From the NCBI GenBank assembly GCA_010093605.1, contig MU004184.1:126179-190178 (forward strand): a stretch of DNA of 64,000 bases. Direction: 5' to 3'. Shown in pieces: positions 11,370 to 24,902 of this stretch (within the stretch, counting starts at the first letter, position 1; each line of letters begins with the position of its first letter). Under the pieces are notes generated by a model. That model ran no database searches. It was not told the DNA's origin and saw only the letters and a list, made by a program, of their open reading frames with translations. The DNA comes from Lophium mytilinum (taxonomy: Eukaryota). A program made the translations under genes and the position numbers.

Positions 11370-13920
11370 GTTATGGATATCTCCATGTGAGTGACGGCGC
11401 TGTAGAGCTCTCAAGCCCTAACAACGATGGGACAGACATTGGGAAGACCGAACATTGAAGGTGGGGAAAGCTGCGTAAATAGTAAAGCGGACGATTAGAA
11501 CAAATGAAATGAGATACCGAAGAAGGCAAAATGAATGGCGTCCGCTGAAGTAAAACACAACCCATCGGTTCAGTCGGACGCCCCTCTTCCGAGCCCTAAG
11601 CATTCGACGTTGTCCAATCCACCTCTTACGAATAACGAAAGCGCTCAACAAGACCAGCTCGTTTCCCTGACCAAGATGTCTTCGAATATCCAACTGAGTA
11701 TCTCCAACCTCCATGCCCGACGGACCCTTGTCAAAGAAATTCGCATCTTCCTCAGTGCTCTCTACAGAGCTCAGTTTGAATGGAGCCCCATTCTTCTAGC
11801 GGTCTCTTCTGCTTTTCGTGATATTGAGATTGCCCTCAACTGTTCCATCACAAGAGGGTCCTTATCGCCGAGGCCATTCGTGTATTCCTTATCCACAGCG
11901 CTGGGCATTGCCCTTTGGGATACCGTGTTTTGCTTTACTCTGCTACCACCGGCCCTTCAACGGTAGAGGTTTTCGCTTGCGGCTCTTCTCATACCCAACT
12001 TCAGTATCCTTGGGTCTCTCGTTGCCCAAACACCTTGGGGTATCTCTGATCGCCGTCTGTAGTCCTCCCATGGCAAATTCGTTCGTGCCATGTGCCGCGG
12101 TCGCAGGGTGTTCATACTTTCGTCTTTTCGCCGCCTTCTCTTCCCGATATCGCTCGTTTGGTGAATGGGAGGAGCGCCTTCTCGGTATAGTCTTATGCGG
12201 GTTCGTGGAGTATGTGTGTTTTGTCCCGCTGCCGGCAAATGAAGGTTTATCGTAATCCAACCCATCCATATCATCATTTATCTCCGAAAAGGATTTCCGA
12301 GTGCCGTTTTTAGTAGGAAACGTCGGGGGTGAAAGGAGAGTTGTTTGGCTTTTCGACTGTTGCGGCAAACTGTTATGTTCATTAGTTCAGTTTAAACAAA
12401 TTAAGATAGGAAGTACGATGCACCAACAAGTAATCTATTTGATAAAATAGATAGTAATACCCGCTGATCTGGTTGTGAGACTCCCGGTGGATCTCTCCGT
12501 CGGCATATGCCGCCGTTTCGGACGCGGTAATGGTCCATGACGGTTGTGAGAGAAGTAACGCCGCGTGGTAGAATAAGAAAGGCGTGTCCTAAGTATTGGG
12601 GGTAAAGTCAAACTGCTTCGTCTCCGTGGATGATGTAGCGCAGTTCTCTGATTGTTTCTGAGCGCAATCGGTTTCTTCATCCATGTTTGAGTTGGGGCAG
12701 CGAACTTCGCCAATTCCGGCAGTGATTCGACGGCAAGCCGGACGACTCATGAAGCTTTAGAGAATACCAAAGCCTAGTAGGATTGGTGGATAGGCCGGCA
12801 TGGTGTTTGTGAAAGTTTAAAGATGAGATTGAGGTCGGAGAAGTTTGCGATCGGGAAAGCCAGGGACTAGCTAACCTATATCCCGTGGCGTGTTCGAGCC
12901 TTTTCAGTATTTAGGTAGGAGAAAATGGCCAAGGGTATCGAGTATTAGCTGCGACTGAGAAGAGGGAGTTGTTTGGGGGGCGTTTGAAGCCTTATGAGGG
13001 CGGTACCCTGGTGGAAGCCTGCACCGTAACGGTGCGATGTTTTAGAGCTCGAGTGGCGCATTTCGTCCACCGTTCAACAACGCCACACTCATTCTCGGCC
13101 CAGTAGCATCTGCTCTGATTCCGGCCAAGGTCGCAGGAATGGGGCTTGCGCGGATTTCGAGGCCTCTTTCTATCATCTTTATCAACACCTCCAATCCAAA
13201 ACCCGCCGTAAGTATTTGAAGTGTCTGTTGACATCTCAGCACTATGATTCACCCATCCAGTCCTAGTGAGAATTGAAATGATTTTGAAGTCCTTTACCTG
13301 CATCAAATTGTCAAAGTATACTCCCGTCACGTAATCTCTCGTATGGAAGTATCCCTTCAAGGTTTGCTAATCTCTATAGAGAGCAACGCTCACTTAATCA
13401 GTTGCGATAGCTAGGGCATTCTCCCCATCTCGATTCACTTATGACAGTGGAGACTTTGTCTATAGTCTTATAAATGTCGTCGCCAGAATATACTTGGAAT
13501 TTGCAAACAGCTTGTAGTCTGATCGAGGGTTTCACGTCATAAGTGCCACCACCCGACCAAAATCGAAAGCCGTACGGTGGAGCACCAGCCGGCTATCTTG
13601 ACGATATAGCAGACCTAAATTTCATCTTTGTCGACAAGCTGAAGGAAGAGTCCTCCATTGTGGTTCTCACTCGAGGGAAACAGCACTCGCATTATATCTT
13701 CGGCTAGCCATCAGCTCGCTGAAGAGGAACCTTGTCGCGACCTCTGGACATCATAGTCCCAGGTCCGAAGCAAGGGCGTGCGCAGATACCTATGGAGTAG
13801 ACCATCCCCCAGGGTTTGATATCGAGGTTTGAGGATGCGTAGACATGCAGGAAGCAGATGGGCGGTAGTGAGGACAGTCTAGAGCGACGCCGTGCAATAC
13901 TTCGTGACACGGGTATGTCT
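11370..13920 (-). pseudogene. Stop-interrupted coding-like remnants, family not recognised
   Basis: Minus-strand frames read as protein-like text broken by TAG/TAA/TGA stops (e.g. upstream of ORF 12992..13360, and from ATG ~12750). Confidence 0.3.
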
Positions 13921-16900
13921 TGGGCTCCAAGATGATTTCTACCAGTGCAAGGTTAGGTGAAGATGAAGGTGAGAGAGTTGATATAGACTAGTAAAGTCTT
14001 AGAGCGAGAGACTAAGCCATCGCTCTGTTTCAAGATAGATCGTTCTCTTCCTTCCCCTGACCGTACCAACTCGAATCGTCCCCATCGTCTTTGATCTCTA
14101 CCCCCCGAACAGCGGTTTCCCGTCAACATGCCAATCTACTCTCGTTACGGCCCTCGAGAGACACTAACGATCGTTGCCCGCTCCGGAAGGTCAGAACGGA
14201 GTGTGGCATCAAAGCGTAAATCGCTTCGCCCTCGAAACGTTGTCTCGCAAGGAACCTACTCCACCTATGTCGTCAGCATCTGTATTTAACAATCATGTAA
14301 ACATCGTCGTATTCTCAGAAATCAACATATATGAGCCCAGACACCTCCACCGGCGCCATGGATGCAGAGCAGTGCGGCGCCGTGGTAACTCCGGTGACTC
14401 GATCATCGCTAGGTGCTGCCTCGATTCTGCTCAATCTGCAGTCCCTGGAAAAGGACTAAGAGGTGACTTGCGTGAGGTCTTACGCGCCAGAAACCGTTTA
14501 GGCCTGGCCCCTCGCCCACGCTCGATGACTTTGGTTTTCTCTTGGCTCTCCTGTCTGCGAGCGGGGCTATGGGAAGCCGAGCTCAGTGGATGTGGTGGAG
14601 CCGTATGGTATTGAAAGGGGGAGGTATTGGGGTTTCGGAGTAGGCGGAAAGGGGACGTACTGGGTGGTCTTGTCGGACTAGGCGGCGGCGTCGCATTGGA
14701 GGGGACTCAACAGAGCTCACTTGCTGGGCATTCGATGAAGGAGCAATACAGGAACTACATGATATTAGCTTTCACTTTGCGAGCTTGAAGTAAAGAGCGG
14801 ACGGATACCCTTTCACCTATTCTTATAGGGCTGGATAAAGTTGTAGAACTTGGCGGACGTTTCCTTGCCCGCTTTGGTCGGATCATTGGATTGATCTAGC
14901 GCTACGTGCGCGCCCATGTCACTGGCGAACTTCAGGAAGACTGGGGCCTGTGAGTGGTCGGTCCCCTAGACCGGGAAAACCTTCTCCAAGATTCCGAACT
15001 GCACGTACAATTAGCGGGTACACCGTATGCAAGAGGAGCAGATTGACGTACCTTCGCGAAATCCTCCCCAATCTCTTGCCGCATTGCTCCGACATTCCTA
15101 TTCTCGTCGTCTTTGGTGGTTGTGAGGAGAGCGTAGTCTTGGTGATAAGTCCCGTCGTAGGCGGCCTGAATCGAAGCCTCTGCGATACCTCGGAGGTGTT
15201 AGAAGGCTTCACTTTCTGGACATGCAGTGAAGAGCGAAATACCTAGAAGTCCCTCAAGAGGCTTATTCGATAGGCATGATGGCCGATTCCATAGGATGGT
15301 TCTCCCAGGCAGCGCGGATTGCTCCTGCGGGTGCGGCGTGCTATGTTCGGCACCCGGAGAAGAGATGGCAAAGTGTGGACGATGAGGTGCGGTCTAGAGG
15401 GCGCAGGAAGACTGTGGTATTGTTTCAAGTCTTAGAATACACTGGAGAGCGCAAAGTGAAGAGAGGATGCAGATCTGGATATCATGCCAGGTGGTAGGAC
15501 TGAAACTTCACACAGCATCTCTTCTCCGCGAGGGTGATGTCCAACGGCTCCATAAATGCCGCCTCCACAACCTGGGATGTGTGGTGTTTGGTAGAGAGAG
15601 AAATGAAGAGGGAGATGTTGCGGTTGGGAGTGGAGAAGACGGGACATCGCCGGCGAGAGCTCTACAGGCCATGCTCCCGAGTAAGATTCTCACGAGCGCG
15701 GCGGGCTGTGATAGAGTAGCTAGTGTGAGGAGCGAGGCCTCAGCGATGATGCTCGGTCTAGATGGCTGGAAATGCGGTAAGGGTTAGAAGATGTTGGACG
15801 TGCTCACTGCGTAGATAAAAGTAGGACTTACCAATGGACCTAAGATGGACTTCAAAGATCGAAGGTTCTCTCTCGCAGCTCTGGGTGAGGTTGAGTGCCC
15901 CGAGCTTACAGGCTGCTTCCTTATCGAATTGTTCCGACTCAGTGTGGATCGTAAGTTCGGCCTACTCAAGCTGAGCAACTGATGCAAGGAGCGAGGATCT
16001 TGCGCGGCGAAGGCTGTCGTGGGCGAGCTGAACAGTCATGTAGCCTGGATTTTGCAGCGGTTGTGGAAATGCAATTCTGGGCGCCGGTGACATCTCCGTA
16101 GACACCGGCGGTCTTGAGGTTGTCGAGGAGGCGGTCAAGAGGATAGTGCGGTCCTGGGACTTGTCGCGCTCTGTTGTCTAGGCAGGAAGGTTCTTTCGAA
16201 AGGCGGAGAATCATAAAGAGAGCAACTGAGGTGGGCGAGAAGAGTGGATATTATGGTGGGATGGGACGTGATTGATATGGTAGAGCGACCCGAGTGTGCT
16301 TCGGCGGGGGACGCGACCCAGACCCGAGAGTCACGTGAGGCTATCGCCTACGTCGCATTCCCGCTGGAGATATAGAGTAGCATATCCCTGCCCATGTATC
16401 CATGGTTCCTTGAGGCATCTTGGTAGAAGTCAGTTTCGCAACGAGATTTGCTAAGCCTCGATCTTGACGTTCAATCACGGTCGTCTTTGCAGCGGCCGGA
16501 GCATCCATAAATCAGCCTGCACGCTCTCAAAAGAACAGCCAACTCCACTTCTTCTGAATCCATCAGGGGTACGGCGTTCTTAATATGCTATCGCTCTAGA
16601 TAATGTAGTTCCAAATCTCTTGCATATTACGTTTACCCATTTCTTGCCCACGCCCACCGGAGAGTCTACATACATGTACAAAGGCTTATAGAAAGGGTCT
16701 AGACCCGCTTTCTAAGACGTCTTCTGTGAAACGTCTTTCAAACAAGTTCGTAGCCGAGAGTACGACTTTGTAGCCCTGGGACAAAGCATTCACTAGCGCG
16801 CCAAATGCGACGTTCAGATTGTCTACAAACCTTCCTATACAGGTTCAAGAGCAATATCTACGTACTTGACTTACATACTTGCTGTCAAGCTAATGTAATG

Positions 16901-17304
16901 GTCGCCGAGTCATAGCTTAGAGTGCAATTCAAAGGTGCGTGGTCGTGACTTTCACACGTGCTTAGCCCGCTTCGCCCTAGGCGTGGACAAATTGACACAG
17001 GCGAAGCCTGAGTCGCAACTTGATTTCATGCAAGCCATAGACTCAGCTCTATTAAGCCCAGTGACGCCCCTCTGTGCGGGAAGATTACTAGTTGAGTGTA
17101 AAATAGAGGCGGCAATGCGCAAGTCCTCGCAGTAGCACAAGGACAGGCTAAATTGAACGTGAAAGACGCACAATAACTGTTAAAGGCATCGGCGGTAATC
17201 GTGCGCAGGTGCTCTAGGGCAGCAGAAGGGTTGTGCAGCCGGCGTTAAGCCGTAGTAGTGGCCCAATAATAACAAACGCGCACTGACCCCGCCCGCTTTT
17301 GGGC

Positions 17305-17313
17305 TATATATTT
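17305..17313 (+). promoter_or_regulatory. TATA box of U6 copy 1
   Basis: TATATATTT 30 bp upstream of the U6 start; the same motif sits at the same distance in copy 2. Confidence 0.85.
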
Positions 17314-17334
17314 GCTATAAATTCAACGCACTTC

Positions 17335-17438
17335 GCCTTCGGGCATTTGGTCAATTTGAAACAACACAGAGAAGATTAGCATGGCCCCTGCACTAAGGAT
17401 GACACGCTTTATCAAAGAGTAGCTTCAAAATTTTTTTT
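17335..17438 (+). ncRNA. U6: U6 spliceosomal snRNA, intronless copy
   Basis: 5' hairpin GCC-TTCG-GGC, internal A-box-like TGGTCAATTTG, ACAGAGAAGATTAGCATGGCCCCTGCACTAAGGATGACACGC core, and a T8 terminator at 17431-17438. Confidence 0.97.
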
Positions 17439-17462
17439 GTGTTTTGTTTTGTGCTTAGACGA

Positions 17463-17472
17463 GGTTCGAGCC
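17463..17472 (+). promoter_or_regulatory. Downstream Pol III B box of U6 copy 1
   Basis: GGTTCGAGCC about 25 bp after the terminator, conserved in copy 2. An extragenic downstream B box is the known architecture of S. cerevisiae SNR6. Confidence 0.85.
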
Positions 17473-18949
17473 GCGCAGCGGTCATCTTTTTCTTTTTGCT
17501 AGTGAATAGTTTTGAGCTACACAACGACGTTGAAAACAGGTGTTGCTGCTAGATACGTAGAATAGTGAGTCTAGATTCGCGTCTGTCCTTATTCGCGATC
17601 TTATCTTCTCCATATTGAGTACGGATGTTATTCACGCCGCTAAAGCACTCAAACGCCACCATCACACATGCAGACCACTCTCCATTGGCGGATCCGCTGG
17701 CTCTGCATTATCCATGGGTACAGCTACTTCTATTGACATCTTTGCTAAGATACAACTTCCAATTCGATGCTTTGCGTTCGAGATGTGCTTGTCCCTACTG
17801 GGCGCCTCCACCGCCGCAATCACAGCTGCAAATCACGCACCCCCACCTCCCGAACGACAGCCGGTCTTTTGCAACAATTCCAAGTCTGACAATTCGACAC
17901 CGAATTCTGCTTTTTTTGTACCGTGGTACGGATGGCGCGGCAGCAGCGTCTGTAGTTGCGGACGGCGAGGGACGTCCGGAGGATGATCATGCTCCAGCCA
18001 AAGGGTTTGATTGCGGGCTCGCAATGGCTGCCGATATGAATGCTCGAGATGAAGGAGTCGAGGATGAGGAGGGAGATGCCGGCCTAGTCGCTGAGTAGGG
18101 CCACGGAGTTGAAGGTGAAGATGTCGCGGTCCAAGGGCGTAGAGATGACGGCTTTCTCTTGAAGACCTCCATCGGCAGGGAGCAGCTCACGCAGCTTCGC
18201 ATACCTTTGAAACCCACGTTCCTGCGACACTGTCTAGAGCTCTCGAGAACAACACTGCAACGGTGCAAGGGGGAAGATTGAATCGCAATTCATAACGTTC
18301 ACACCTCGACGTTCACCCCGTTCAACTGTCCACCTGCCAGAGGTGTCCCACGCAACTAGGCGTTCCCCAAAACATACGCTTATATGACCCGGTCTGGTGG
18401 ATGATGAGGAATCGGACCCAGTGGGACTGAATATAAAACGCAAGTGTGATACACAGCCTCGAGTCTTTTACATTCACGGTACTTGGCTCTCCCTCGGTTA
18501 GGGGGCTGTCTCATGCATCTCGGTATACCCTCAAAAGATACGCCCAGATGGACTGATCTAGCTCGTGTGAGATAAAGGGTGCGGTATAGCAAGATGTAGG
18601 ATACAATTTCAATTTACAGCGTCGAACTCCTCACACCCGTGTGAATGTATATCGACCCCAGGAAGCCACTCAAACGTCGTCATCTGAGGTGCAGTTCAAG
18701 CGCAAACTCTGCCCGATACCAAGAGCAGGGCAATTCTAATAGTATTGGATAGAATCCCGGGCTAGTTCAGATTCACGGTGTCGAGATCATTACATCGTGC
18801 TTACCACGTACCTTTCTCTACGAAGCGACTCAAACACCCTCATCCCGCAATCAATTCAGATGCATACGGGCCTTGAATTTCAGAGGACAGCCATTTCACG
18901 AGGTTCAGGTAGAGAAAGTACGTACGTTTCAATTTAAGACGTCGAACGC

Positions 18950-19640
18950 TTCACATCACGTGTGCATGCTATGCATTACCTTGAAGGCGCTCAAACCCCG
19001 TCATTCCGCGTGCAAATAGAGCCTACACATGCTCCAGGATCAACGTGATAGCAATTCCAGTACTTTCAGATCCTCATGTCATGTCTGTTCCAGTCCACGG
19101 CGTCGAAGTCTGACGTTCTTGGTCTCTTGGAGGGCGTGGACGAGGGTTTCTGGGGATAAGCCGGCTCCTAGCCTAGCATTCGCGATTACTCTGACAACTA
19201 GAGATAGTCAGGATTGGTTCGGGATCGACGTGGTCTGGTATAGAAGGACGCTATCGACGAGTTTGTTGATGGGTTCATTTATTTGTTACCAGAGCTTCGA
19301 TATTGCCTCCTTGTGCAGGTTGAACTTCTTGCAGACAGACCGCACCAATCGCCTGGGTCAATCGTGGCTGCGATAGTAACTCAAGAAAGCTTTTACCAGC
19401 AGGAGAAATTCGATGTTGATGTTCGAATTGAGAAGTACGAAATTTGAGGAGCCTAGGTTGTCTATAGGACTCATAGAGTTTGCAGTACTCGCGATAGACA
19501 CGACGTTCCGGTAGTCTGCAGGGATACCTCCACCTAAGTCACCTTCAGATGCTAACTGTTCGGAGGCAGTTGTAACGATATACTGACGATCTGGAGGGCT
19601 GGTGTCACGGAACAAGGAGCTGTAGGCCGTGTACGTGATG
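18950..19640 (-). pseudogene. Stop-interrupted coding-like remnant
   Basis: The frame of ORF 19358..19873 continues as protein-like text through several isolated stops (..YYRSHD*PRRLVRSVCKKFNLHKEAISKLW*QINEPINKLV..). Confidence 0.3.
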
Positions 19641-20128
19641 TATTGGATGAAGGATTGATGATGTAGGAGAGAAGAGAGGTCTAGAGGAAGCGAGGCTATG
19701 TACAAGAGGTAACACGTGCCTGCCTGCCGTAGCCCTACCGCTACTCCCTGACAGCTGGTTACCTTTCCCCAAAACCCCGCTGTCCCGCATGCAAAATAGA
19801 CACAACAAAGACGAAAAGTCAAGAAGAGAGGATTCTCATTAACGTCAGATTGGTAATTCGGGTTGATTTCCATTCACGGCATCAGAATCGTGTCATCATG
19901 CTCAAATTTATTTTGCAGCATCACAAACGCTGTCATTACTCACGCAACTGAAAGTAATATACGTCTCGAAATAGGAAACACGATCATCTCATTCAACTAT
20001 TTATCTCATTCAACTATTTATCTCATTCGCACTCCACAGCACGAAGAGCCCCAAAAACACCGCAAATCAGACCACAGAGATCGCCACGATTCCACTTCAT
20101 CCACTGCGCCGAAGTACCCCCCACCCCT

Positions 20129-21142
20129 CTACACCCTAGTCACAGAAAATACGACCTTCCTCTCATCTAGCTGCTCTCGGTGCGCATCGCTCAGCTCCTC
20201 GTACGGCACCTCCCGTCTAATCTTCTCCATCTTCTGGTGGTGCTCCGCGTTCCACCCCGCCCAAACGTCCACCTTGACCCCCTCTGCGTCCGCCACACGA
20301 TGCCACAACGCGGCCATGCTCTCACAATTGTGCCTATAAACGTACTTCTCCTCGCCCTGCCTACAAAACGGCGGTTCAAGTTTGTCATTCTTCGCCGTGA
20401 GTGTCCCCGTCTGCGTGCCAATGACCATCGCGCCCGGTTCCTTCTTCAACAACTTGAGGATGTTTGCGGCAGCCTCTTCCTGCTGCTCCAGCGGCCAGAT
20501 ATGTAGGAACATGGACACGTGGACGAAGAACCAACTGCCCCGCGTCTTCAAGAGCTTATCCTCCGCGTCGTCGTCGGCGGCGAAGATGTTCCCCTGAATA
20601 TAGTGCCCCCGCGTGAAGCGGTCCAAGTCACGGAACAGCGCGTGGCCTGCGGCCTCGAAGTCTAGGAGGTCGGCGCCGAGGAGGGCAGGAATAGGGGCGC
20701 CGTCGTAGGCCAGCTTGCGGAGGTCTTGGCCGAGGCAGGTTCCGAGGTCGAGGAGCTTGTACGGCGGGTTGGGGTCGTTGTGGGACTGGAAGCGCAGCGT
20801 GTCGAGGATGTGGGTGTACGCGGGGTGGCGGCTCAGGGAGAAGGTGAGGAACCAGAACTCTCCGATACAGGGCCAGGGGGAGATTGACCAGGCGGCGTCA
20901 CGCTAAGAAGCAGTGTTAGCTTGAGTTCTGGACAGAGAGTGTGGGAAGGTAAGTAGGAAGGGGAGACGTACAGCGCGGAGGATGTGAGCTTCGACCTCGT
21001 CGGGTCGGATGTCTGAGTACTGGATGAAGAAGAGCTTGACTTCGGCGAGCTGGTTGGGCTCGAGTTGCTCGGCGTACCAGGGCACGCTGGTGGAGCGGGC
21101 GGCGGAGTCGGCGGGGAGGTTGATCAGGCTGTTTGAGCTCAT
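20129..21142 (-). CDS. Class I SAM-dependent methyltransferase (AusD/Trt5-like fungal family), exons 21142-20972 and 20902-20129
   Basis: A 69-nt intron GTACGT..GCTAAC..TAG joins the exons to give ..AHILRA|RDAAWSISPWPCIGEFWFL..HPAY..LLDLGTCLGQDLRKLAYDGAP..GADL..GHALFRD..GNIF..SMFLHIWP..YRHNCESMAALW. Confidence 0.92.
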
Positions 21143-21514
21143 ATTGGCGGTGGCGAGCGCAGATGAAGGAGATTGAGTGCGGTTGGGCGGTGCTTTGCGA
21201 GAGGTTGAAGCGGCTTGAAGACAGTTCGCGGACGTGAGAGCGAAGGAAAGAATTTTGCGCGGAGGGTGAAGTTCAAGTTAACGAGGAGGAAGCCTGGTAA
21301 CCTGCCTCATTGTGAGATGCTTGGGATATGCGGCCACCCACCTTCACCTTTCTGTCTTCACTTCACTGAATTTTCCTCTGACGGCCTATATAATGTCCCT
21401 TCCACCCACCGTCACTCACCAACATTCACGGCCACCTCCAACGTACGTACCTTCAGACCTCCCCCTGTCAGCTCTACCCACTTTGCTAACCCAACGTGCC
21501 ATCTAGTCAACACA

Positions 21515-21733
21515 ATGCCAACAACAGCCGGAGAAGCCGCCCGCCAAGCGCGCTACTTGCGCCGAAAACGTCGATTGGAGGCACGCGGCCGGTCCGCGAT
21601 CAGACACCTCCAGCAGCAGCAGCAGCAGCAGCGCCGGGCGCCCTTCGTGGCGACTCTAGACACCATTGAGGAAGAGTCAGAAGAATCCACGACGGACTCG
21701 GGGTGCTCCTTCTGCTCTTTGGCCTGGGTGTAG
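21515..21733 (+). CDS. Small orphan protein (72 aa; basic, then poly-Q, then acidic, ending in CxxC), divergent from the methyltransferase
   Basis: TATATAA at ~21387, a 5'-UTR intron GTACGT(21443)..GCTAAC..TAG(21506), CACAATG start context, and (CAG)7. Confidence 0.5.
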   Translation: MPTTAGEAARQARYLRRKRRLEARGRSAIRHLQQQQQQQRRAPFVATLDTIEEESEESTTDSGCSFCSLAWV

Positions 21734-21779
21734 GCCCTAAAAACCAACCACATCCGCGCACGCGTCGAGACTGTAGATA

Positions 21780-22430
21780 TGGGGCGCCAAGAGGATCTTC
21801 GACCGCGACAGCTTGATATTGGGGGACTAGAGGGTTATGGTTGACGAGGAGATGACGCTGTCTGGGGGGCTTTGAGTTTATCGAATATATATATTAAGAA
21901 GTGTTTGCTGTCGGCTCGAAATGAAGCTTTGATGATCGTTCCTACCATCGCATGCCTTTGAATTGAGACCTCCACATGCTTTGCGGTATATATATGGCGT
22001 GATAAGAATGTCTTACCGCGGCAGCTTCACATTAGGGGGGGAAAAGGCGTTGTTTGCGAGGATGATGACACCGTTTGGGGGGTTCTATATGTTTTGAGTA
22101 GGAACATCCGAAAGCATTTGATGTTAGCTAGAAATGAATCGTCGAGGACCATACTCCTGGTGGCCTGCCTTCAGATTGTATCCTTAAAAACCTTAATCGC
22201 ACGTATCTGGCGCGAAGAGGATGTCTTACCGTGACGACTTCAGATTGGGGGCTCGGACAGCGCTGGTTGACGAGCTGGTGATGTTGTTTGGGGGGCTTTG
22301 GATTGATCCAATATGAATATTGGAAAGTATTTGGTATTGGCTGGAAATGAAGCCTCGAGGACGCATTCATACTGCCATGCCTTCAAATTGTGACCCCGAG
22401 CTCTTTCAATGAAGACGACATTACAATTTG
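21780..22430. repeat. Degenerate ~213-bp tandem repeat, 3 copies
   Basis: GAAATGAA at 21918, 22131 and 22345. TGTCTTACCG..CTTCA.ATT.GGGG at ~22009 and ~22222, with a related copy at ~21795. Confidence 0.7.
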
Positions 22431-23416
22431 AGAGGCAGGCCATAAGTCTGTGTACACCCGTTTGCCACTGCTTGAGGCACCCTGACGCGCGTTCACTTCT
22501 CCATATGCGATGTAACTATCAACGCTGTGCAAATCACATTACGCTTTGATTCGTTACAGATGTGCTATCTGGGGCGCTCCCTACAGCGGTGTGGAGAGAG
22601 CAAGAGCGGAGCTATAGCAGTAGTGTATCCGAGTTCCTGAATTAGTGGCTTAGTACTGTAGAGACGTGGAAGCCATGGCGTTCAAAACAGGACAGTACCT
22701 AGACATAGGCTGCGCCCTTATTGCCACTGCTTGGGGTACCCTCTATGAGTCTCGGAAGCCTAGGCACAATGTCAAATTCCAAGCAATGCAGATCAGGCTG
22801 CTCCTTGACTCGTTGGTCACTGACCAGCTAGGCTACTCCTCTCAGTGGTGTACAGTGAGCAAGATTGGAGCCGAACAGTATCAATCTCGTGTACCTACAC
22901 TTATAACATTGTGTAGTACATATCTAGGCATAATGTTGAGTTTTGGGCAGTGCATATCAGAGTGCTGTTTAACTTACTGCCTTTTGATTAACTGGGCTAC
23001 TCCTCACAGCGGTGTCCAGTGAACAGTATTGGAGCCGAAAGGTGATAATATTCGTGTGCCCGATATATGGCAAAGTACTGTACACTGCATTTGCATCTGA
23101 TTTCAACATCTAGCTCCATTAATTTGCACTTTGACCGAGCGGGTAAGTCCTGGTTGGGCTACCCCGTACAGTGGCATCAAGAAAGAAAAGGTTATGCAAA
23201 GTGTAGTCCGATATCCATGGCGGGGTTACTGCAGTGTGCGACAACATAGGTGAATGAGAGACAGGGGATCACAGGTTTCAAATTGCAACAAGAGATGAGC
23301 TTGAGTTCAGAAAATTCGATCAATTGAAGCCAGTCTATCCACAAGAACCCACTCCACCACCTAATGCTGAGCGTTCGGGGATGTAGCAAATATGAGGGCG
23401 GCAAGAGTCGGTGAAT

Positions 23417-23986
23417 CTAGTCGTAGCGGGTGGAGCCATGGCTAGAGCTGGAGGCATCTTCCACAGATGCCTTGACTGGTGTGGCCGGGGTGGTCTTGGC
23501 CTCGCCGTCATGGTCCGAGTTGGATCCGTCGCCCTCGACTTTGACAATCGATGGGATGCTGGACTGCGACATCGGGTGGCCACGATGCTGGCACTCCGCC
23601 ATCTCGTCCTCACAAACCTGCGCACCAGGGGCAGTTTTGTAAGAACGGGACGACGGAGTGCCAGCATCGAGGAGCTCCGTCTCCGGTTCCTCGGTGCTCC
23701 GAAGAGTTTCTCCGTCATCCAGCAAGTCTGGAAACCTCAGGGCGACCAATGCTAGTAGGAGTGGAATCTCGACGACAGCGACGAAGACTAGCGAGAATTA
23801 GCTTGATCGGTGGAGGTGGGTTTAGGCGAGCGATGAAAGCAGGTACTTGGGCTGGCCCAAGAGGGGCCAGGAGGACTTACGCTGGGGACGCGGACGGTGA
23901 CGAAGACGGTGCCATTGGCGGGCGAGGTGCACACTGTGCAGCTTGGACATTGCGAGCTCAACGCTGGCGGCTCGGAGGAAGGTCAT
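23417..23986 (-). CDS. Orphan protein (158 aa) with one hydrophobic segment, exons 23986-23881 and 23787-23417
   Basis: Intron GTAAGT..GCTAAT..TAG (23880-23788) joins the exons in frame: MTFLRAASVELAMSKLHSVHLARQWHRLRHRPRPQ-LFVAVVEIPLLLALVALRFPDLLDDGE... Confidence 0.55.
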
Positions 23987-24902
23987 TATTGAAGCATGTG
24001 AAGCGGTGGGCGGCGCGGTGAGTGGTGGTAGTCTGATGGTTCTGGGGTTCTGATGTGGTCGGTTGGTGCTCCGGATGGGTGCGGAGGGAGTTGGAAGGGA
24101 TGGAGGATTGGTCGAAGCGGAGGGGTTTGAGGGAGTTTTCGAGGCCGCGGAGTGTTTCGTAAGGCGTAGATCTCGTGAGAGTCTCTAAGCGGTTTGCGTA
24201 CGAGATGGAAGTCTTCGTCCTCGGATTCCCAGTGGTCGCTGATGTTGTGGAGAGGAAGCGTGTTGCGGACGGTCGGGCTTTTAAGACGGGCGACAGTGGA
24301 CCGACAGTTAAGCGAGAGAAGCTAGGCCGATCTGGGAAGAGGCAGAGAGTATGGCAAAGCTCGAAGCATTATGAAGGGGAAACGTCAGCTAGAGGGGCGA
24401 GACCTCTACTCATGAATGAGCATAATGGCACCCAGACTCCTTATCTTGAGCATGTTTCAGGCTGCACTCCCTGAATGGCATCACACTGGACAAGTGGACG
24501 CGACGTTGAGCACGCCGGAGGCGTTCCGAAAGGCTATGCCTGACTTCAAGTCTGTTGAGCCGAACTCCACGGCGGGAGTGTGGACAGGCGGCTCCTGGAT
24601 GCCTGACGGGGTGTGGCCAGGAGCGCCGGTCTGGCACGCCAGTGTCCAGTCTTGTGCCAGTTCCCTTCACTCTGTACCTTCACCCTGGACCTTTCCTGGC
24701 AAACTATATAAACTCCCCCTCCCCCTCCCTTTGACAACCAAGTTCCAACAGCGCACATCATCACAGCCTCCACAACCTCGATCAATTTTCGACCAAGACT
24801 CACACAAACAACCACACTTCCGCGCAACGTTCCAACAAAACCACAACAACCAACCACACATCCACGCCAACTTTCTACAAATCAACCACAAACAACCACA
24901 CA

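Noticed and set aside
17455..17490. tRNA suggested by GGTTCGAGCC
   Set aside because: No cloverleaf; position and conservation in both copies identify it as the U6 downstream B box.
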